A stretch of DNA of 64,000 bases from Spirochaetota bacterium (lineage in GTDB: Bacteria > Spirochaetota > UBA6919 > CBDBPB01): NCBI GenBank assembly GCA_965208615.1, contig CBDBPB010000008.1, positions 78,331 to 142,330 of the forward strand, read 5' to 3'. Below, piece by piece: positions 57,764 through 64,000 of this stretch. The notes under the pieces are model-generated. The model did not search any database and was not told the origin of the DNA. It worked only from the letters and a program-made list of their open reading frames with translations. How positions within the stretch are numbered: the stretch's first letter is position 1; every line of letters begins with the position of its first letter. The translations under genes and the position numbers were made by a program.

Positions 57764-60025
57764 ATGACAGAAAAAGAGTATACATTCAAAAAGGGAAAGT
57801 GGTTAGTCAATATAAGGCGATTTATACAGGCTTTTGCTTTTATACTTTTCTTTTTTTTGTTGTTTCATACTAACAAAGTAAAAAACTTAGACTTTCCTAT
57901 ATTAACTTATATTTTCATAGGTCTAACTGTTTTAGTTATAGTTTATGTATACAGAATGCTTAGGGCTTTTGTAAGCAAAGAACTGACTAAATTGCTTATA
58001 ATAAAAAGCTTATCTTTGGTTTTATTGACTATAGTTTTAGGCTTAGTACTTTCGTATTACCAGCAATTCCACAGACCAGAACGAATTACATACCTAAAAC
58101 AGAGTGAATATACTATTAAGCAGGCTATTAGCCTATACCAAAAGGATAAACAACTATACAAAAGGTTTAGGGACTTTAGTACAATAAGTACTAAAACATC
58201 TGAGGATACAGACTACGATATAGTTGTATACATACCGTTATTAGTTTTAGCTATAAATTATTTATTGTTATTATTGTCTGTTGGGCTAATACTAAGGCTT
58301 ATATATCTATTTTTTAAAGGAAAGGTTAATGCACTAAAGCCAATCTTTACGATTTTGATAATATGTTTTAGTATATCCTTATTGATCTTTTCCCTGTTGG
58401 AGTACGACTTTAAGAGTGAGTTTAAAAGTGGATATAATGCAGAAGGGTTTTATTTTTTCCCTATAGACTTTGTCCACTACGACTATTTTATAACCATACC
58501 CCAAAACATATTTTTAAAGACCTCTTCATTTCTCGGTATAACTACGTCTATTGCGTTGAAGTCGGTTGTAATAGGTATTGGATTTATACTATTTTTCTTA
58601 GTTATATCGGTTATATTGGGAAGGCTGTTTTGTGGTTGGATATGCCCATTTGGCACTCTTCATCAAATTATATCCTTTATCAGAATGAAGTTTAGAAAAG
58701 GTTATGTACACGAGGTATACAACAAAAATCAAAGGATTAAATATATAGTACTTTCGGTTATTCTTATTACAGCATTATTCTCTATTAATTTTTCTGGTTT
58801 ATTTGATCCTATTTCTATACTTAGCAAGTCAACTTCGGTATTTGTATTGCCATCCACACAGTATTCTGTTACCTCGACTTATGACTATATAAATAAGGAG
58901 TCCCAATACGAAAAAGAAGGGGGTATATTTACATTATTAAATAATTTGTATACTCCTATAAAAGACTATTTCGATGAGTATGTATTTTATTATACAGATC
59001 CCACTGAATCGTCTGGATATGTTCCCACTCATTATTCTTATTTCTTTTTAAACGGACTTATATTTATTGGATTATTATTGCTAAACCTCAAGAGAACAAG
59101 GTTTTGGTGTATATATATATGTCCATTTGGTGCACTACTGGGTATTTTTGCTAATCGGTCTAGTATACGTATTGACGTTAATGAGAATTGTACGTCATGT
59201 AAAAAGTGCGACAGGTTTTGTCAGGGTCCATCAAGCGTAGGCATTAAGGATGAGTTTAAGACTAGTGAATGTATGTATTGTTTTAATTGTCTTAATGGTT
59301 GTCCCAGTGAGTCTTTAGCCATTAAGTGGACTTTACCTATTAAAAAGAGTAATGAGTTAGTACCTCAGAAAATTAATATCACAAAGCGTATTGTATATAG
59401 TTCTTTGCTCACTGGATTTTTATCAGTTTTGTTGTTGAGGTCTAGTTTATGGGGCAAAAGGGTTAATAAGGGGCTGATAAGGCCTCCTGGAGCTGTAGAG
59501 GAGACTGATTTTTTAGCACGGTGTATAAAGTGTTCTGAGTGTATGAAGGTATGCCCTAAGAACTTTTTACATCCTTCGTTTTTGGAGGCTGGATTAGAGG
59601 GTATGTTTACGCCTATTGCTATTGCTAAACTTGGTTATTGTGAACATACCTGTAATGCTTGTGGATATGTTTGTCCTACTCAGGCTATTAAGAAGTTAAC
59701 CCTTTATAAAAAGCAGGAGCTAAAAATTGGTTTAGCTTTGGTTAGGAAGGATAGATGTCTTACTTATGCACACCAAACCCCATGTATTGTATGTGAAGAA
59801 CACTGTCCAACGTCGCCAAAGGCAATTTGGATTAGGCCTAAGGAGCTTGAGAGGCATGATGGTACAAGGCTTACTGTTGATCAGATATACGTGGATGCTG
59901 GTTTATGTATTGGTTGCGGGATATGTGAGTATGTTTGTCCTGTTGTAGATGAGCCTGGTATATATATTAGCTCTATACAGGAATCTAGATCTAGGTCTAA
60001 TCAATTATTGCTAAGAGAAGATTAG
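57764..60025 (+). CDS. Membrane polyferredoxin: NapH/MauN-like fused to NapG/MauM-like domain
   Basis: GRLFCGWICPFG, RFWCIYICPFGAL, RPPGA..E..F...CIKCSECMKVCP and further CxxCxxC..CP clusters. Confidence 0.88.
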   Translation: MTEKEYTFKKGKWLVNIRRFIQAFAFILFFFLLFHTNKVKNLDFPILTYIFIGLTVLVIVYVYRMLRAFVSKELTKLLIIKSLSLVLLTIVLGLVLSYYQQFHRPERITYLKQSEYTIKQAISLYQKDKQLYKRFRDFSTISTKTSEDTDYDIVVYIPLLVLAINYLLLLLSVGLILRLIYLFFKGKVNALKPIFTILIICFSISLLIFSLLEYDFKSEFKSGYNAEGFYFFPIDFVHYDYFITIPQNIFLKTSSFLGITTSIALKSVVIGIGFILFFLVISVILGRLFCGWICPFGTLHQIISFIRMKFRKGYVHEVYNKNQRIKYIVLSVILITALFSINFSGLFDPISILSKSTSVFVLPSTQYSVTSTYDYINKESQYEKEGGIFTLLNNLYTPIKDYFDEYVFYYTDPTESSGYVPTHYSYFFLNGLIFIGLLLLNLKRTRFWCIYICPFGALLGIFANRSSIRIDVNENCTSCKKCDRFCQGPSSVGIKDEFKTSECMYCFNCLNGCPSESLAIKWTLPIKKSNELVPQKINITKRIVYSSLLTGFLSVLLLRSSLWGKRVNKGLIRPPGAVEETDFLARCIKCSECMKVCPKNFLHPSFLEAGLEGMFTPIAIAKLGYCEHTCNACGYVCPTQAIKKLTLYKKQELKIGLALVRKDRCLTYAHQTPCIVCEEHCPTSPKAIWIRPKELERHDGTRLTVDQIYVDAGLCIGCGICEYVCPVVDEPGIYISSIQESRSRSNQLLLRED

Positions 60026-60227
60026 GTTTATATACGTTATTTTTATAGTCCCTTTAGTTTATTAGACTATAGCAAAAATGTTCTATCAATTATTTTTTTT
60101 GATAAAACCTTTGCTAATAAAGTGAACCTATTCCCTTTTGTTATATTATAACAAAACTTTAATTCTAAACCTAAAACAATTATATTAAATTATCTAAAGA
60201 ATATATCAATTTTGAAAGGATAACTAT

Positions 60228-61184
60228 ATGAATAGGGTGGGATGGATTACACATCCAATTTATATTGAGCATGATACTGGTAAATATCACCCCGAGAGGC
60301 CTGAGCGTTTAAAAGCTATAATAAGACAAATTAAAAAAGATAATCTTGACGAAAAACTAATTGATATAAAACCATACCCCGCTCCTGTTGAGTGGATTAA
60401 AGAAATCCATAACGATAGTTATATTAAAAAGGTTAACCAGGCATGTAAAAATGGCTTAACTTTTTTGGATACTGATGACTGTCCTATTAGTAGTATGACT
60501 TATGAGTCGGCTTTATGGGCTGTGGGAGCCACCCTATCCGCTGTGGATAAAGTTATGGATAATACAATAGATAGTGCTTTTTGTAATATACGTCCCCCTG
60601 GTCATCATGCTGAATATAATATGGCTATGGGTTTTTGCTTTTTTAATAATATTGCAATAGCGGCTAATTATATAAGAAAACGTTATAACCTTAATAAGGT
60701 GTTTATATTAGACTGGGACGTACATCACGGTAATGGTACTCAACACATTTTTGAAAAAGATAATACTGTATTTTACTGTTCTATTCATGAGAGTCCTGAT
60801 ACATGCTACCCTGGTACTGGTTATGCTGAGGAAATGGGTATAGGTAATGGGTTTAATTTTACTCTTAACTATCCGATGCAACCTTTTAGCTCTGATGATC
60901 AGTATAACAGTATATTTATTAGTGAGATTATCCCTGTGATAAAGCATTACAAACCAGATTTTATATTAATATCCGCTGGGTTTGACGCCCATAAAGATGA
61001 TCCTTTGGCATATATTAATTTAACTGATGAGGCTTATACCATAATGACCAAGCATATTGTGGATGTGGCTAAAGAAGTTTGTGATGGACGTATTATATCC
61101 GTTTTAGAAGGGGGATATAATTTATACGTACTTGGTAATTGTGTTAGCAAGCATATAAAGGCTTTGCTGGAGGTTAATGATTGA
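60228..61184 (+). CDS. Histone deacetylase / AcuC family Zn-dependent deacylase
   Basis: HPERPERL, RPPGHHA, GFCFFNN, DWDVHHGNGTQ, SAGFDAH and LEGGY motifs. Confidence 0.96.
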   Translation: MNRVGWITHPIYIEHDTGKYHPERPERLKAIIRQIKKDNLDEKLIDIKPYPAPVEWIKEIHNDSYIKKVNQACKNGLTFLDTDDCPISSMTYESALWAVGATLSAVDKVMDNTIDSAFCNIRPPGHHAEYNMAMGFCFFNNIAIAANYIRKRYNLNKVFILDWDVHHGNGTQHIFEKDNTVFYCSIHESPDTCYPGTGYAEEMGIGNGFNFTLNYPMQPFSSDDQYNSIFISEIIPVIKHYKPDFILISAGFDAHKDDPLAYINLTDEAYTIMTKHIVDVAKEVCDGRIISVLEGGYNLYVLGNCVSKHIKALLEVND

Positions 61185-63087
61185 TCAACTCAAGCGAACA
61201 TACAGATTATTTAGAATATTTTAAAGAATTATATCCAAAGAAGTTTGCATCTGAGACAACGGTTTTTAGAAAAATACAAAGGGGTGCAAAGTTATTTATT
61301 GGCACTGGATGCGCTGAACCTGAATATTTAATGAGATCATTTGTAAAATATGTTGAGGATCATCCAAATGCCTTTTATGACGCTGAGATCTATCACAGTT
61401 GGGCATTGGGTACTGCACCGTATACTGATGAGCGATTTAAGCATAATTTTCGTCATACGTCATTTTTTATTAGTGATCACTCAAGAGCCGCAGTTAATCT
61501 TGGTTTAGCGGACTATTCTCCTATTTTCTTATCACAATTACCCGATTTATTTTATCGTGATATAATTCATATTGATGTTGCCTTTGTACAGGCCTCTCCA
61601 CTGGATAAACATGGATATATGAGTTTAGGTATTAGTGTTGACTCTACAAAGGCGGCTGTGGATAATGCTGTATTAGTTGTTGTACAGGTTAATGCTAATA
61701 TGCCAAGAATACATGGGGATGGTTTTATTCACATCGACAACGTGGACTACATAATACCTTTTGATGAGCCTCTAATTGAGTATGAAAGGCGTATATCCAC
61801 TGATATTACTAAAAAGATTGGTAAATATGTATCCCGGATAATAGAGGATGGGGATACTCTGCAAATTGGTTATGGTACTACTCCCAATGCTATACTACCC
61901 TATTTACACGACAAAAAACATTTGGGTATACATACTGAGCTGTTAACTGACGGTATTGTTGGGCTTATGGAGGCTGGTGTTATTGATAACTCTAAAAAAA
62001 CCAAAAATAGGGGTAAAAACCATAGCCAGCTTTTGTATGGGCAAAAAAAAGACTTATGATTGCATTCATGATAATCCAGCCATTGAGTTTAGGACAATAG
62101 ATTACACCAATAATCGTCTTATTATAGCTGGGCAGAATAATATGGTTGCTATTAACAGTGCATTACAAATTGACTTGACTGGTCAGGCAACGTCAGAATC
62201 GGTGGGAAAGCTGTTTTATAGTAGTGTAGGGGGGCATGCTGACTTTATGAGGGGTGCTGTTTTAGCTCAAGGTGGAAAAGCTATACTAACTTGCCAATCT
62301 ACTGCCAATGATGGTAAGGAGTCAAGGATTGTTCCAATGCTGGATGAGGGGACTGGAATAACTTTAACTCGGGGTGATATCCATTATGTTGTTACCGAAT
62401 ATGGAATAGCTTATTTACACGGTAAAACAATAAGAGAGAGGGCTATGGATTTAATTGCTATAGCTCATCCGAAGTTTAAGCCTTGGCTTATTGATAGTGC
62501 TAAGGAATTAGGTTTAATATTTAGGGATCAGGCATTTATACCGGGTAAGCGTGGTGAATATCCTGAGAATCTCGAGATTTATAGATCATCTTCATCTGGA
62601 TTAAGGTTATTATTACGTCCTGTTAAGATTAGCGATGAGCCTTTGTTAAAAGAGTTTTTTTATTCCTTATCCGATGAGAGTATGCGTCGTAGGTTCATAT
62701 CCCTATCGTAAGGACATGCCACATGAGGTATTACAGGATTTCGTTATTATTGATTATACAAAAGAGATTATCATACTTGCTATTATTGTCATTGATAAGA
62801 TCGAAAAGATAGTCGGGCTTGGACAATATAGTATTGATGAGCTTAGTCATACTGCCGAAGCGGCTTTTGTAGTTAGGGATAACTATCAGAGTAAGGGTAT
62901 TGGTAGGGAATTATTATCCTATTTGACTAGACTAGCTAAAAGGCAGGGTCTATTAGGTTTTACGGCAGAGGTATTAACTGAGAATAGGCCTATGTTAAAG
63001 TTGTTTGAGAGTATGGGTTTTGATGTTCACAAGCGTATTGAGGAGGGTTGTATTGAGCTTAAGATGGATTTTAACGATCGTTTATAG
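61181..63087 (+). CDS. Acetyl-CoA hydrolase/transferase fused to a C-terminal GNAT domain; split by two +1 frameshifts (~62017, ~62702)
   Basis: Three ORF pieces join into one protein: LQIGYG, LGIHTE, NSALQIDLTGQ, GGHADF, VVTEYGIAYL, then GNAT AEAAFVV..YQSKGIG. Confidence 0.85.
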
Positions 63088-63187
63088 ATTTATCTTAGGT
63101 GTATTTTAGGTTTTAATAGTATTTTATAGTTATACGGTTTGGTATAGGGGTTATATTTTTATACAAGCTTTTTATGCGAGTTATTAG

Positions 63188-64000
63188 GTGAAAACTATTA
63201 TTATTGGTTCTATACACAGAAATGCTGGTAAGACCAGTATTATAACCGGCATAGCAAAGGCTTTGGATAAAAAGACAGCTTATTTAAAGCCTTTTGGTGA
63301 TAGGTCATTCTTTCATAAAAAGCGGTTATGGGATTACGATTCAGCTTTAGTTAAGGATATTCTAAACCTACCTTATGATTTGGAGAATATCACTATTGGG
63401 GTTGAGCATATTAAACTTAGGTCTATTTACAATGAGGATCGTATTAGGGCTAAGTTTACTGAGTTGTTGACTAACGTTAGCGAGAGGGATATTCTCTTTA
63501 TCGAGGGTGGACGTGATTTAGCTTATGGATCATCTGTACATTTAGATTTAATGTCAGTGGCTAAGTATACTAATGCCAAGGTTGTTATAGTGGTTGATGG
63601 CCAGTCTGATAGTGCTATGGACGATATATACTTCTTAAAAGCTTATGTGGATAAGAAAAAACATAAACTTTGACGGTATTATTATCAACAAGCTAAAAGA
63701 CGCTAATGACTTTACTAATACCTATATTGATGAAATAATGTCTATAGGCATAAAGGTTAGAGGGCTTATTCCTTATGATAGTTGTTTAACGTTTATTTCG
63801 GTTATGGATTTATGCAAGGTTTTTATTTGCGAAGCTGTTAACCGATGATATTGCTACTAACAATATTATTGAGAATATCTTTTTAGGGCTTATGACTGCT
63901 GATAACGCTCTTAGGGATGCCAATTTTAATAAGGAGAATAAATTAGTGGTTACCACTGCCGACCGTGAGGATATGGTTATAACAGCTTTAGAAAGTAATA
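63188..64000 (+). CDS. Phosphotransacetylase N-terminal-like (BioD-like/AAA_26 + DRTGG) protein; frameshifted at ~63658 and ~63822, runs off window end
   Basis: NAGKTS, YLKPFG, FIEGG and GIIINK motifs; third frame reads LVVTTADREDMVITAL (DRTGG-like). Confidence 0.75.

Overview
AT-rich bacterial chromosomal window, most likely from a spirochaete: it has a flaA-like gene, a DUF2764-type V-ATPase, ComFB and a dprA-topA-xerC-hslVU block. Housekeeping genes include tmk, ribH, hom, V-ATPase C/A/B/D/I, holA, mutL, hslUV, xerC, topA, dprA, tRNA-Ser, SRP RNA, dnaX-ybaB-recR and proS. Three features stand out. (1) A co-oriented cluster of exported proteins (1.4-9.0 kb) contains two paralogous caspase(C14)-TPR proteins, one with the His/Cys dyad intact and one with Cys->Ser, flanking a lipoprotein and a beta-barrel gene. 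(2) An unannotated ~490-bp non-coding element occurs at four places. Its left ~160 bp is amplified into a 5-unit tandem array at 44.5-45.3 kb, and inverted copies bracket a 17-repeat mosaic beta-helix surface-protein gene, even supplying its C-terminus. (3) Several proteins appear catalytically degenerate (trypsin-NHL, MMPL), and there is an IS1 InsA-only remnant. Four +1 homopolymer frameshifts in the last 2 kb look like sequencing errors. All alignments were done by eye; no database searches were run.
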